64,000 bases of DNA from Macrostomum lignano (lineage: Eukaryota). This document shows positions 36,818 to 50,394 of this stretch, piece after piece (the stretch's first letter is position 1; the number at the start of each line of letters is the position of its first letter). The notes below the pieces were generated by a model. It was not told where the DNA came from. It did no database searches and saw nothing but the letters and a program-made list of their open reading frames with translations. The stretch lies in contig NIVC01000241.1 of assembly GCA_002269645.1 (NCBI GenBank), forward strand, positions 1 through 64,000, read 5' to 3'. A program made the translations under genes and the position numbers.

Positions 36818-36939
36818 ATGGCCCGTTTGCAAGTGCCTACTGTGCTAGTCAGCCAGCAGGACGAAGAGAGCTTCGGCGATCTGGGCGAACTGCGCAACTT
36901 TTCAGCCAGGCACCGGTGCCGCAGGCACACCCTGGCGAT
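36818..36939 (+). CDS. PDE4: PDE4 candidate alternative first exon C (MARLQVP...RRHTLA)
   Basis: ACCATGG start and donor AT|GTGAGT, phase 2. The junction RRHTLAI-FDEN resembles mammalian PDE4 long-form junctions. Confidence 0.7.
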
Positions 36940-37009
36940 GTGAGTGCGAGCCGCTTCGTTTAAAATGCTACGCATCAACATTTTTGGGAACGAGAGAAAT
37001 CAGCGACAG

Positions 37010-37679
37010 TCGGGCCATAGACAAAACAATAGGAGGACAGAGCTGTGGAGGGTAGTAGCTCCAGTGAGAGACGGGCCATAGACACAGCGATGGTAAGGGT
37101 AGTAGCGTCAGTGAGAGTCGGGCCATAGACACAGCGATGGTAAGGGTAGTAGCGTCAGTGAGAGACGGGCCATAGACACAGCGATGGTAAGGGTAGTAGC
37201 GTCAGTGAGAGACGGGCCATAGACACAGCGATGGTAAGGGTAGTAGCGTCAGTGAGAGACGGGCCATAGACACAGCGATGGTAAGGGTAGTAGCGTCAGT
37301 GAGAGACGGGCCATAGACACAGCGATGGTAAGGGTAGTAGCGTCAGTGAGAGACGGGCCATAGACACAGCGATGGTAAGGGTAGTAGCGTCAGTGAGAGA
37401 CGGGCCATAGACACAGCGATGGTAAGGGTAGTAGCGTCAGTGAGAGACGGGCCATAGACACAGCGATGGTAAGGGTAGTAGCGTCAGTGAGAGACGGGCC
37501 ATAGATACAGCGATGGTAAGGGTAGTAGCGTCAGTGAGAGACGGGCCATAGACGCAGCATGGTAAGGGTAGTAGCGTCAGTGAGAGACGGGCCATAGACA
37601 CAGCGATGGTAAGGGTAGTAGCGTCAGTGAGAGACGGGTCATAGACACAGCGATGGTAAGGGTAGTAGCGTCAGTGAGA
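37010..37679. repeat. 47-bp minisatellite (GTGAGAGACGGGCCATAGACACAGCGATGGTAAGGGTAGTAGCGTCA)
   Basis: About 13 copies plus a degenerate leading unit. Confidence 0.95.
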
Positions 37680-38282
37680 TAGTCTATATGTAGCATTAGG
37701 TCAGAGAATGGGGCAGTAAAATTTATTGCTTTGTCACCCTACCTTTTGATTGCACTGGCTTTTCAGTTAAAAAAAGGTGAATCTCGCTGCTAGTTGTTAG
37801 CTCGTACATTACATCGCTGGATTAATTAAACTGTACGCAGTTTCCCAGCCATATCACCGAGCTAATTTCGCTAATTGTGTCATAAAACTGTGGGTCCATC
37901 AGATGGAGGCAGTCATGTTATTTTCTGTCGCTAGTAATAGTACATATTTGGTGCTTCTTTTCAAGTGCTCACGGATCGCGTGCTAGGCTTCTTTCGCTAC
38001 TCAAATTTTCTCCCCTCCGGGCGTCGCCGTCTCTGTGTTGCGGGCTTGACTGGATCAACACTTTCAAGCAGAAAATCTGATCGGAAAGGGAATCATGGAA
38101 GAGCTAAAAAATAAACTTCAGATTTCAATCGCGTGCCGGACTTGTTCTAGTTGGCTTCTCTGAGCCTTAAATAGGGGTGCCGTTTGTAAGCGGAACAACG
38201 CGTGCCGCAGGGCCTGTTTTGTACCTAAAATCTATTTTCTGCGACGCTAGCGCACAAACACTTCCCCCACAGTTCTTGGGTT

Positions 38283-39150
38283 GGACAACCCAGCGCATCA
38301 AACATTTCACTGACAGTCCTTGGATTGGACAACCCAGCGCATCAAACATTTCACTGACAGTCCTTGGATTGGACAACCCAGCGCATCAAACATTTCACTG
38401 ACAGTCCTTGGATTGGACAACCCAGCGCATCAAACATTTCACTGACAGTCCTTGGATTGGACAACCCAGCGCATCAAACATTTCACTCACAGTCCTTGGA
38501 TTGGACAACCCAGCGCATCAAACATTTCACTGACAGTCCTTGGATTGGACAACCCAGCGCATCAAACATTTCACTGACAGTCCTTGGATTGGACAACCCA
38601 GCGCATCAAACATTTCACTGACAGTCCTTGGATTGGACAACCCAGCGCATCAAACATTTCACTGACAGTCCTTGGATTGGACAACCCAGCGCATCAAACA
38701 TTTCACTGACAGTCCTTGGATTGGACAACCCAGCGCATCAAACATTTCACTCACAGTCCTTGGATTGGACAACCCAGCGCATCAAACACTTCACCTACGG
38801 TCCTTGGGTTGGATAACCCCAGCGCATCAAAAACAGTCCTTGGATTTGACAACACCAGCGCATCAAACACTTCACGCTCGGTCCTTTTGCTGGACAACAC
38901 CAGCGCATCAAACACTTCACGCTCGGTCCTTTTGCTGGACAACACCAGCGCATCAAACACTTCTCCCACAGTCCTTGGATTGAACAAAACCAGCGCATCA
39001 AACACTTCTCCCACAGTCCTTGGATTTAACAACCCCAGCGCATCAAAAATTTCACTCACAGTCCTTGGATTTGACAACCCCAGCACATCAAACACTTCAC
39101 GCACGGTCCTTTTGCTGGACAAAACCAGCGCATCAAACACTTCACCCACA
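38283..39150. repeat. 44-bp minisatellite (CCAGCGCATCAAACATTTCACTGACAGTCCTTGGATTGGACAAC), degenerating to the right
   Basis: About 20 copies. Confidence 0.93.
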
Positions 39151-40258
39151 GTCCAAGGGCTTTAGCGTTGGATGCGTTAACGCTCAGCTACCTATCCCTA
39201 GTAACTAGCACTAAGGCTCTAGTAACGTCTTAACAAGAACACCAAGCTCAAATTCAATAGCTTGAACAAAATAATTTTGACATCAGTTCTACAGTTACAG
39301 CTTCTATGCTACATGGACTTCAGAGAAAGTAAATCAAAGTTCAGGGTCTTCGAGTATCACCCTGGGGTTGCCAGTCAATTGCTGTGAGTGAGCACTCATA
39401 GAATCTCTGAAGATAGATTCTAGTGCCGGTAGATGTGGCTGAAGCGGCAATGAGATTGAATACAGTGCCACGCACGCAAAGTGCAATCAAGTCGCGCCAG
39501 AAAGGCGAATTCGATTTAGTCGGATGTTGATCTCTTCCCCGGCCAGGTCCCCTCCACGCTGGCACTGCAGAACGAGTGGGAACTGCGCCCAATCAACGGT
39601 AGTCTTGTTCGGTGCCGAGAGCACTTTAGATCCTCTTAGCGTGGAGAAAGAAGGTAGCTTTACTTCTTCCCAAGTTTCCCAGCTCCCTTTGAGAAACTGG
39701 TCAGTAAAGTGATATTTGCGACGTTTTTGCGTATTTGTAATCGAATCCGAATTCTTTCCTCAATTAAAAATGTCTTCTGGTTTTGACCTCTCGCTGGTCT
39801 GTTTTTACAAAATCGTCGAATGTTAGCCGATAAATCAAACGTATTCAGGAATTGAATTTACAGGTCCGAGACTCGCAATCATTCTTTTACACGCCCTACT
39901 GCGCTCGCCGAATTACCATTGCGGCCCCTTCATCGGCGGTTTACTTATTGCCGCGTAGGCTCACCGTCCCCTCCAAATCAATCAATGATTTCGCAGTGAA
40001 CGATGCAGGTGGCCCCTGGACCTCGAGATGCGGCTACTGCAGTCTGAGAAGGTCGAGAAGAGAGAGGATGAGAGAGAATAGGAAGGTAGAAATAACGCTT
40101 TTGCCGAAACGATTTGCTGCTCCATTGTGACGTCGAATTTGGTCCAGGCAGCGAAGCGAGAGGGCGAATACGCGCCCGGATGAGGATAAATTGGTCGGAC
40201 AGACTCGGATTCTCCCACCGAGCAGAGGTGAGCAGAGTCTCAGCCGGATCAGGTGGTA

Positions 40259-40386
40259 ATGCAAGCCAGGAACAAGCGAGTTTCCGTGGACTGGTCGCAG
40301 GTGCCGCCGCACCGGGAGGCCCGAGGCAGCGGTGGCGGCAGCCGGCAGACGATGCTGGCCATGGTTGGTCGGAGGTCCCTGCCGCA
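40259..40386 (+). CDS. PDE4: PDE4 candidate alternative first exon D (MQARNKRVS...GRRSLP)
   Basis: Donor CA|GTGAGT, phase 2, in my translation (too short for the ORF track). Confidence 0.55.
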
Positions 40387-40580
40387 GTGAGTTGCCTGGC
40401 AGGAGCTTCAGCTGAAGCAGTTTTCTTTGCTTTATTTAATATTTGCGCGGCTTTTTTTGTCCTTTGAGCCGTTCCTTTGACGTGTCACGCACCTGCGCAG
40501 CGATTCGATTTTGTATCAGGACAGCTGACTTCCGTTTCCAGGAGCAGGAAGGCTGGCTCTGCGCTGGTAGTTTGGCCTAG

Positions 40581-41240
40581 TATTGGTTTTTGCATGCTAA
40601 GTGAGACATTTTTCAAGCAATCTGAGACTGAATAGCAAAAACACTATTGTCTATGGCCACCGCTCGCTGCAGCCCAGCTTTTTGGGCGCGCCTTGCAAGC
40701 AAAGTGAGACATTTTTTCAAGCTAAGTGAGAACCATATTGAAAACAAAGGGGTGGTTTTACGAAATTACAAAATGATGTATTGTCGGAAACTATATATTT
40801 AGAAAAGGATACGCAGGATACACAACAAAACAAGCGGTACAAAAATTGTTGATAATGTTATAAGCGTTCAAATAAAGGGTTGCATGTTGATACACTGAGC
40901 AAACTTTCGAGTGCAGTGGAGCTCCCAGCCTGCGATCTTGTGCGGAGTAATGACATGCAGCGATTCTCTTCCAAGCCGATCCATCAGCATGTATCGCCAA
41001 TCATCTCGTGTCATGCCTATCCTCTCTATCCTCGTTGCTTGTTAGACGCAGTTGATTTGCCATAGCCCAGCCTTTGTTTTCAATATGGTTCTCACTTAGC
41101 TTCAAAAAATTTCTCACTTTGCTTGCAAGGCGATCCCAAAAAGCTGGGCTGCAGCGAGGGGTGGCCATAGACAATAGTGTTTTTGCTATTCAGCCTCAGA
41201 TTGCTTGAAAAATGTCTCACTTAGCATGCAAAAACCAATA
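40581..41240. mobile_element. 660-bp foldback/MITE with about 170-bp terminal inverted repeats
   Basis: 40581-40750 is the near-perfect reverse complement of 41071-41240. TA at both outer ends is a possible TSD. Confidence 0.85.
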
Positions 41241-42648
41241 TTACTGCTTGTAAAAAACAAAAATCTTCTAGGCTTGGGCCTTAAGCAGACTCGTTTCTTT
41301 TTGCATTTTGCCACCCTAGTACTCATATACACCTACTTTGGAACTTTTTGATTCTTACTCTTCTCTCTAAGAGTACTACTCTCTAAAAGGCCTTTCCTAC
41401 TAAGGCCTTTCTCAATGTCCCCTGAACACACATACGCAGGTGTACGTACACTTACACAGGTCCTGAATTTCTCTCAACGCAACTTTGTAGGTTAGTGAAT
41501 TACAGGTGGGGAGAGTGGAAAGACTTCTGTTCGAACAAAAGTAAAGAGCGGAATATTCTTTACCTTTAAAATGCGCTCTAAACTACTATCAGTACAAAGG
41601 CATGCTTCATGAGCCTCTTAACGCCTCAAACGTTAAGCTCATCGATTTTAGTGATTTAAAAAAATTAATTATCGCTTCCCAATTGGAATAATCACAATTA
41701 ATATAATATTAATAACTTAAATAGATTTTGGTTCCGCGCCAATTCGGTACAGTTTTAGGGCACTGTTTATGGCCGCTTGAGAAACTTGGGGGGGGGGGCA
41801 GGTTTACAGGCGGTGGGGTCACGGGGCCGCTGAGTATCAAATGGGGGGGGGGCAGGAATACCGGCCGCAGCCAAAGGCCACTTCAGAACCTTTTTGAGCC
41901 TGGACGGGCCTCTGCTAACTGGGGCGCCGCCACCACACCTGCGCTGTCTCTCTATCACGCCCTGCCCCCCCACCCAAATATTTATTGTGCCGCATCGCGG
42001 GGTCCGCGGAGGTAAAATAAAGCAAATACACGTCCACTCACAATAGAGTAGCATAGCAGCACTTGACTCGCCTTGGTATTCGAGTTCGCCCACCCCCACC
42101 GCCTGAGCTGGCAACTCTGCTCCATTGTCGGGCGCGGGTCGTTTGAGTCCCGAGCGGGACGAGAAGCCGACAATAAATTCGAACGATGGGGTGAGAAACA
42201 CGGTGCAGCAGTCTGTTACAGTCGCCGCAGCAATGCCTGATGCCTTTCTCGCAGCTGGCCCGTGCTCGGAAATTCGCTGAGAAGAGGCGAGGGTACAAAA
42301 GACAGGGGAAGGAGAGAGGCAGCGGTGCGCTCAGTTGGACGGCTGAAAAAGCGACTGAGCGCAATGCCGAAGAGAAAGTAGACGAACCAGAAACCAGAAC
42401 TCATACTTGGTTTTCAGTGATATCGCAGCACCAGGCAGAAAATTTTTCATACTTTCCGCTTGTCCACTAGAAGCAGAAAGGCGTTGGACAAGAAAAAAAC
42501 TTCCGAACTCCAGCTTGGACGTAGCAGAGGCTCGAAAGGCTCGCTCGGCTAAAAAGTGAATTTCAGCAACGGCCGAGGCGAGTCCCGTCGACAAGCGACG
42601 GAACGACGGGCGCAGAAGCAGCAGCAGCAGCAGGTGTCGCAGATTCCC

Positions 42649-42797
42649 ATGCTGCAACTGCCTGTTCTGCAGGAGCCGGTGGCGGATGTGAACTGCCAGC
42701 GAGTCAGGTTTGACACGATGCCGTCCGGTGCCTACAGGCACAGCAGGCTTGGCGTGGGCCTGCAGCTGCTGTACAGGCGGCACTCTTGCAACACTTG
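42649..42797 (+). CDS. PDE4: PDE4 candidate alternative first exon E (MLQLPVL...RRHSCNT)
   Basis: Donor TG|GTGAGT, phase 2. The spliced junction RRHSCNTC-FDEN parallels PDE4D3 RRHSWIC-FDVDN. Confidence 0.72.
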
Positions 42798-43466
42798 GTG
42801 AGTCCGGATCGAAGGCCATTCAGGTTGGTGGTTGAGTTATAAGACTGTGAATATCCGCATAGCAGCTACACAGATCAGATCATTCTAAAGCACTTCACGA
42901 GCCTCCTATTTAAAATGTTTATTTAGTTCTTAGCTTAATTTGGCCATAGACAGAAAGCGAAAACGAATGACAAGTGAGAGTTAACTTTGTTAATCAATAA
43001 ATTATTAGCCAAGCGCAAAGTTATACGAAAAACTCTAAACAGACGCCCAAATGGAAGTAGTAATTCCCCGTGAAATTTCAAAATACGGCTTACAATAAAA
43101 CGCCCAAGTTGTGGAAGGAAGAAAGTTTTGGAAAAAAAGTTCAATATAATATTTTTCAAGGATTTAGCCCACTCCATCAATAGGATTAAGAAATTAACTA
43201 CTTAAAGTAGTTGGCTCTACTTTAAAACATTTTTAATGACTTGTTGGCGCTGTGGATGGCTTAATTTGTCCCGAAAATCCTGGTTGCCTGATCTCGAATT
43301 TTGAGTTCCAATGATAGAAAAAGCGTCATGTAAAAATAAAAGAAGCGTCATGTCGAAATTAAGAGATTCATTTGGGAATCCCTACGTTGTTGTGGCTTGC
43401 AGGGAATCGCTATAATGGTGTAGTGCTATAATGACTCTTGGGGAGAATTACTGAAATGTTAATACT

Positions 43467-43510
43467 TTAGGGTTAGGGTTAGGGCTAGGGTTAGGCTAGG
43501 GTTAGGGTTA
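43467..43510 (+). repeat. Short interstitial (TTAGGG)n tract
   Basis: About 7 perfect or variant units. Confidence 0.85.
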
Positions 43511-44539
43511 GAAGGTTGACAGATTTTTTAAGATTTCAAGGCTTATGTGGGACATCGCTGAAATGTCAAGAGGGGAATTGTTGATATGTTAAGGCTTGTG
43601 GGGGGAATTGCTGACATGTCAAGGCTTACAAGGGACTGCTTACAAAGTATATTTCAAAGAGACGCTACATGTAGTTTATTAGAAAACTTGTACTGCATTT
43701 TGGCTCCCCAACGGGGGGGGGCGCTGATTGCTAGTATGAGTTATAATTTTTAAATGAATTTTTTCATGAATAATTTGGTAAGAGCGAACACATAAGGCTG
43801 AACATACAAAATGGAACAAAAATTTTTGCAGAAAAGCATCGAAATTACTTTTATAAGAGACCCCAATCCAAATTTAAAAGCTTTAGTTAAGTAACATAGA
43901 ACGTGAACAGTAAACTTGATCAACTATTTTTCCCTACAAAACTTTGCATAGGGAAATTCCATAGGGAAACTCCACTTTCTCAGTGCACCTTCTCTTAGCC
44001 AAAACAATAAAATCAATGTGACTTACGGCCCTCTTGTTCGACTATGCAACGTTTTCTTAGCGATGTTCTCAACACCCATTGTGTGCATTCATGATCCCCC
44101 AGCCCCTAAAAACTTCCCACTCCACTAGTGGACAACTCACACTTTCCGTTTCGTCTCTCTCTTTCACCTCACCCAGCTCCTTCGTTCTCCCCGTTTTCCT
44201 CCTTCGCCCACTTCGCTGTCAGGCTGCAGGTCGGGATTTGGACTCGCCGCGTCATCCACCGCGTCATCTGGCTGGGCCGAAGCCCCCTCGATCGGAAGCA
44301 ACGCACAAGTCAACCTTGCTGCCTCTAGACTTGCTCGCGTTTCTCCTTGCGCCCTACTAAGCTGCCCGGGGACAAGCCCGCGCTTGCCATGGAGGGAAGA
44401 GAACGGGAGAAGGGGGGCAGCAGTGGAGCTCAAGGAGGGGTGGGGAGAGTCGCATGCCTATATAGTTTGACAGCGGAGACGGAGATTGTGTGAGAAGTAT
44501 AGGATTTGCTCAATACAAACTGATTCCACCTAAGCAGTT

Positions 44540-44715
44540 ATGCAAGCAGCGACTGGCAATCCGCAGCAGCAGCAGCAGCAGCAGCTCCCAGTGCGGCTCC
44601 GCCAGCCCGCAGCTGCGATGTACTTGCACTCGCGGAGCGTGTCTGCGCCGAATGCCGCTCCAGGCGCAGGCGGCTGCCGCAGCGTTCGATTCTCTGCGCT
44701 GAGCACCCTGGCCAG
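44540..44715 (+). CDS. PDE4: PDE4 candidate alternative first exon F (MQAATGNPQQQ...STLA)
   Basis: Weaker donor AG|GTCTGT, phase 2. Confidence 0.45.
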
Positions 44716-44767
44716 GTCTGTCCGCTGGGTCAGCTGTCCTCTGGGGGGAAGGGGGGGGTCACAGTGC

Positions 44768-45106
44768 CGAAACTACACAAACCTTAAACTACGCAAACTT
44801 TAAATTTCACAAACCCTACATTTCACAGACCTTAAACTTCACAAACCCTAAACTTCACAGACTCTAAACTTCACAAACCCTAAACTTCACAGACTCTAAA
44901 CTTTACAGACTCTAAACTTCACAGACTCTAAACTTCACAGACTCTAAACTTCACAGACTCTAAACTTTACAGACTCTAAACTACACAAACCCTAAACTTT
45001 ACAAACCCAAAACTTGACGGACCCTAAACTTCACGGACCCTAAACTTCACGAACCCTAAACTTCAGACTCTACACTAAACAAACCCTAAACTTCACAAAC
45101 TCTAAA
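44768..45106. repeat. 16-bp minisatellite (TAAACTTCACAGACTC / AAACCCTAAACTTCAC)
   Basis: About 20 degenerate copies. Confidence 0.88.
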
Positions 45107-45907
45107 ATCCGATTAGAATTTACTTTCGGATTGCACAAATACTTCAAATCTTTCAACAAAACTGTTTGATAGTCAAAATTTCGAGTGATAACTGAAAGAA
45201 ATCATTTTCAATCAACTCGAGCAGGTATAAATTGCCTACATATCCTTATCAACCCACCGAACAAAATACTAATTTTTATTAAGTCGAGTTTAATTCAGTT
45301 TAATCAAGACAATCTATCAAACAGGATGGGCTGCTATTCAAAGTGAGATTGAACTCGTGTTGATTCCGCAGGAGCCTCCTCAATAATTTCCGTTTATTTC
45401 GCGAAGGCTATTTTTTCTGCTTCTGGCTGAGCTTCCGTGAATAAAAGTGAGCCGAGACCCCGGAGAGGCAGTTAGTGGGATCTGGGAGCGCTGGGCGCAG
45501 GGGAAAGGGAGAATTGGAGAGAGCGAGTGACGCACTTCGGCGGCAGATGTCACGGCAGCGATGTCAATCCAATTGCAAAAGCAGACCGAGCCCAGACCCA
45601 GCTGCCTCCCCACTTTCGCCGCCGAGAAGGAGCACCGTCTTCCTGTCGCTCTCAGTCAGTCTATTTCCTTCTCCAGCCTCTCCCTGGCGTAACTCAATCC
45701 TCAGCCGGCCCAATTAAGTATCCACAGGGGTGGAAAGAGAGGCCCGTGGGAGACGGCAGAGAACTCATCCGATGCCCCGACGCTGCTTATAAAAAAAGCA
45801 ACGTGAGAAAAAAGAAGAGGCAATTCAAGCGGCAGGTTGAAGGCGCAACAGAAATTTGGCCTATAGGCTTTAGCTAATAATAACTATATTAGTGATAAGA
45901 GAGCCGA

Positions 45908-46113
45908 ATGGAATTCGGACGTCGTCGAGAATTAAGGCGTCTGGCAACAGCCGGCTCAGCAGCTGCCGCAACCGCCGCCGCCGCCTCAGGTGGCTCGGGT
46001 AGGTGGACCCAGCGGCGGCACTCGCTGATGTGGACCAACAGTACAGCGCACGCCGCTAGAAGGCACTTCATTCACGCCCGGCTGGTGCAGAGAGTCTGGG
46101 AGCGAACTACCAG
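45908..46113 (+). CDS. PDE4: PDE4 candidate alternative first exon G (MEFGRRR...RRHSL...ERTT)
   Basis: Donor AG|GTAGCT, phase 2. Confidence 0.58.
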
Positions 46114-46705
46114 GTAGCTGCAAGCTAAGCTGAGGAAGCTGACCAAGCCCAGCCCGAGTGCAGCCAGTGAAATGCTGGAAATTCAGATTTGCATCTCGCT
46201 ACGCACTGTTGTCACTTCGAGCCTTGGGGCTTTTGGGCGAATAGATGCTCGGACTGATAGATAGAGGAGCTGTAGAGATGCGGGCGAGAGACTGGGGGTG
46301 AGACGGAATGAGCCGCGCCAGTCCACTAAATTGGCTCGGGGCTCCGGGTCTCGCGTCAGTCCATTCTCTGGACTCCCCTCCGCTCTCGTTAGCAACCCAG
46401 CTTGGGGGAACCAGTGCCGAATGGGGCCTCGGGCTTCTGTCGGGTGCGTGCGCAGCAGGGGGGAAGCTAATGCCTAGAGACTGGCGCGAAGATTTTAGAT
46501 ATAGCGGCTCTGACAGACCCACTATGCGCACTACTTGCTCCAGTCCAGTGCGGTGTTTTCAGCTCCCGCGAAATAGCTTTACTATGGATTGGGAAATAAG
46601 CTCTGGACATCCCACCAGCAGAAAAATTTCCCCATTCGTCAAAGAGGATCCTCTAGTAGACGTTTGGAAACCGTCATTTTATATGATATGAAGCTTCAGA
46701 GCAAA

Positions 46706-47117
46706 CCAACTCACAATGCATGAGCAATCCAACTCACAATGCCTGAGCAATCCAACTCACAATGCATGAGCAATCCAACTCACAATGCATGAGCAATCCA
46801 ACTCACAATGCCTGAGCACTCCAACTCACAATGCCTGAGCAATCCAACTCACAATGCCTGAGCACTCCAACTCACAATGCCTGAGCAATCCAACTCACAA
46901 TGCCTGAGCACTCCAACTCACAATGCATGAGCAATCCAACTCACAATGCCTGAGCACTCCAACTCACAATGCCTGAGCAATCCAACTCACAATGCCTGAG
47001 CACTCCAACTCACAATGCCTGAGCAATCCAACTCACAATGCCTGAGCACTCCAACTCACAATGCCTGAGCAATCCAACTCACAATGCCTGAGCAATCCAA
47101 CTCACAATGCATGAGCA
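46706..47117. repeat. 23-bp minisatellite (CCAACTCACAATGCCTGAGCAAT)
   Basis: About 18 copies. Confidence 0.93.
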
Positions 47118-48195
47118 AGTTAAGAAATTATTTTCTAAGAAAATAACTTAATAAGCTTCAGCAGTAGCTAATTCATCGAACAACGCGACTTCATTAATAA
47201 TTAGTTAAATTTCTACATTTCCCCAGTTTATTGGCAGCAGTCAAAGGGACAGTATTTGACCCAAGTCTCAGGTAATCAATTATCGTTTCAACACCGATCC
47301 AAGTTGTTCCCAAAGTCCCTGTCCAACTCCCTGGTGAATTTTGCTCACACTCCGATGACCGAATTCCCTTCGTCATGATCTGCGGATCTACGACATTTTC
47401 ATCCTGTATTCTAGGAATTCATGCGACCTAATTTCTTCGCTTCAATGATGCACGCGCGACCGGACTGGGTCGAGGGTAGGGGGGGGGGGGAGACACAGGG
47501 TTCCCACCTCTTCTGCTACCGGCTGGCAGGGCGGCAGTTCCGCATTAATTCTCTTTGGGTCTCTGCCTGCCCACCGCCCACCGCCCAGACCCAGCGGCTC
47601 ATCTTCCCTCGGGGAGGGGGCAACAAAACTGAGGCAAGCTTTAACTAAGGACGACATCCAGAGATGTTGAAGCCGGATCGCAGCTTCCTGTTTATAAACC
47701 AGTGCCGATCCCGCCTGAGCCAATGAGCCCCCCGGGAGTCTCAACTTTGCGCAAAGCAAATTTTAAATCGAATCTCTGTGAACTCCCGCAGCAGCCGGCT
47801 GTTTCTCCATCTCCACTTTCATTTTCTTTCCCCCCATCTCTCTCGTCGCATCCGCCCTCTCCTCTTCCCTCCCCGCCTCCCGAATCCCCGATCCCGGCCT
47901 CTCTTTCACGCGGGCCAGCAGTAGAGGGATGAGATTCCGGAGGACCCGCGGGGCGCCGGCCCACTGGGCTTCGCGTCAGCGAGCGTGTCCGGGATGTGCC
48001 AACGGCTCGGCCGGCTGTTGGCGGGGAACTATACAAGGCCTTATCCATAATGGCTCTAGCTAAACAGAGGGCCGCCACTGCCAGCTTAGCCTCGCCTGTC
48101 CCGCCATCTCTGCTTTCTGTCTCAATTCTGCGTGTCTTAAAGAGACAAAAACAGCTGCTTTGCAAGCAAGAAAGCAAAGCAAACCGCAGCCGACC

Positions 48196-48494
48196 ATGCA
48201 GAGCCTCTTGGCCAGCCTTCCGGAGCACCCGGACGAGTCGCAGCAGCCAGCACTGGAGGAGTGGACGGAGACTGAGGAGCTGCCGCCGCAGGAGGAGATC
48301 CAGTACGAGACTTCGGTGATCCCAACGCCGAATGGGGACATCACCGTCACTAAGAAGATCTTGAAGCGGCGCCGGGTCCGCATAATCAAGAACATGCAGC
48401 AGGGCTTCGTGCCCGCCTCAGCTGCGCCGTCACCTGTTGGCTCCGTGCTCACAAGCAGCACCGTGAAAGTCACTCGGACCCGCCAGATGCTCGG
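48196..48494 (+). CDS. PDE4: PDE4 candidate alternative first exon H (MQSLLASLP...RQML)
   Basis: ACCATG start and donor GG|GTGCGC, phase 2. The track ORF runs on into a minisatellite. Confidence 0.58.
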
Positions 48495-48510
48495 GTGCGC
48501 GACTGGGACT

Positions 48511-49120
48511 CAGGACCTTAGATCTGGGACCTTGGATCTGGGACCTTGGATCTGGGACCTTGGATCTGGAACCTTGGATCTGGGACCTTGGATCTGGGAC
48601 CTTGGATCTGGGACCTTGGATCTGGGACCTTGGATCTGGGACCTTGGATCTGGGACCTTGGATCTGGGACCTTGGATCTGGGACCTTGGATCTGGGACCT
48701 TGGATCTGGGACCTTGGATCTGGGACCTTGGATCTGGGACCTTGGATCTGGGACCTTGGATCTGGGACCTTGGATCTGGGACCTTGGATCTGGGACCTTG
48801 GATCTGGGACCTTGGATCTGGGACCTTGGATCTGGGACCTTGGATCTGGGACCTTGGATCTGGGACCTTGGATCTGGGACCTTGGATCTGGGACCTTGGA
48901 TCTGGGACCTTGGATCTGGGACCTTGGATCTGGGACCTTGGATCTGGGACCTTGGATCTGGGACCTTGGATCTGGGACCTTGGATCTGGGACCTTGGATC
49001 TGGGACCTTGGATCTGGGACCTTGGATCTGGGACCTCTGATTTGGGACATTGAGTCTGGAACCTTGGTTTCTGGACCTTCGATTTGGGACCTTGGTTGTG
49101 CGACCTTGGATCCTGGACCT
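48511..49120. repeat. 14-bp minisatellite (GGACCTTGGATCTG)
   Basis: About 37 perfect copies, then degenerate units. Confidence 0.95.
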
Positions 49121-50394
49121 TCAACTTATTCTGTTTGACTGCTCCATAATTGAATCTTTTACCCGAATATTTTGCTTTGCATCCGGGATATCGAATATAG
49201 GAGCCTGGATCTAGGGATTTTCGAACTAGAACTTTAGATTTCAGGGGCTCGGAACAAAAATTCGGATTCGGTATTGTAGATATTAGTGGCTAACTGGATG
49301 TAGGATAATATCAGTCTGTCTAAATCGCTTCTAGTTTCAAGACTTCTTCAGCTGCTCGCCCAGTTGCACTAATATTGCATAAAAACACAATGCGGTAAAG
49401 AAGAGAGTTTCATCCCTTTCCAACTCCATCCCCTTCTTTCTCTTCCACTTTCCTACTCTATCTATCTTTTCGCTGCCCAGTTCCTCCCGGCAGAGTGACA
49501 TTCGTTGTGTTACGGGGAAACCAGTGAACAGCTTCGCGCACTCTCCATCACTTTTCCTTCGGCTCGGGCTTCGTGACCGCCTGCTGTGCCGCCACCTGTT
49601 GGTTTTGCAATGGTTTGCCTATGCGCAGGCATCCAGTCGGTCGAATAAGCGAATTCCGACCGTACTTTAAGGCCGAACACGTGCAGCCAGGCCGGCCGGC
49701 GAAGGGCCCCCTTCCCAGACACGCAACACCGGAAAGACAATGCCCAATGCCTCTTCTTGCTTATTTCTCCTGCCATTGTATGATGCGGCGCCTTTTCAAG
49801 GTCGCTAGTAGAAGTTCCTCGGGAATGAAGGAGCGAGAGTTCGTTAGCAAAGCGCTTCTTAGTGTGTAGTGATTCCTATCTGTCCAGGATTCGAGCACTG
49901 GGTACCGAATCGAAAGCCCTTGAAAGTAGGCAAAAATAAGCTTTTGCGTACAAAAAGATGAAGGCAATAGACAATAACATAGGATTGCGCTAGGGACAAG
50001 TGCTGTCGCTCTTTTAAAGCCATTTCTGCCTATTTTCAATACGCTCATATTCAATTATCAAATTAATATACAATTTACCTGCCTCGCCCCCCCGTCCTTC
50101 GCTCTGTACTGTAACCGCTATCGATCGCCCCAACCCCCTTCTTGACTCACCAATGCTAGAAACCCCTTTCCTTTCTACCCCCATTCGCCATCTCTAAATA
50201 TGAGTATATATGCGACAAGCTGTTAAAACCCATGGACTTCAAATCCGGTGAATTCCAATCCCCGGGACTATTTTTTTCATACACTCTTAAATCAGAAGTC
50301 ATTCTCAAACAAAGACTTGATAAATAGTTGGAATATAGGTAAACAAAATTGGAGTATATGTGTGTTAAAGTAAGATTTGATGCCTTTAAAAACT

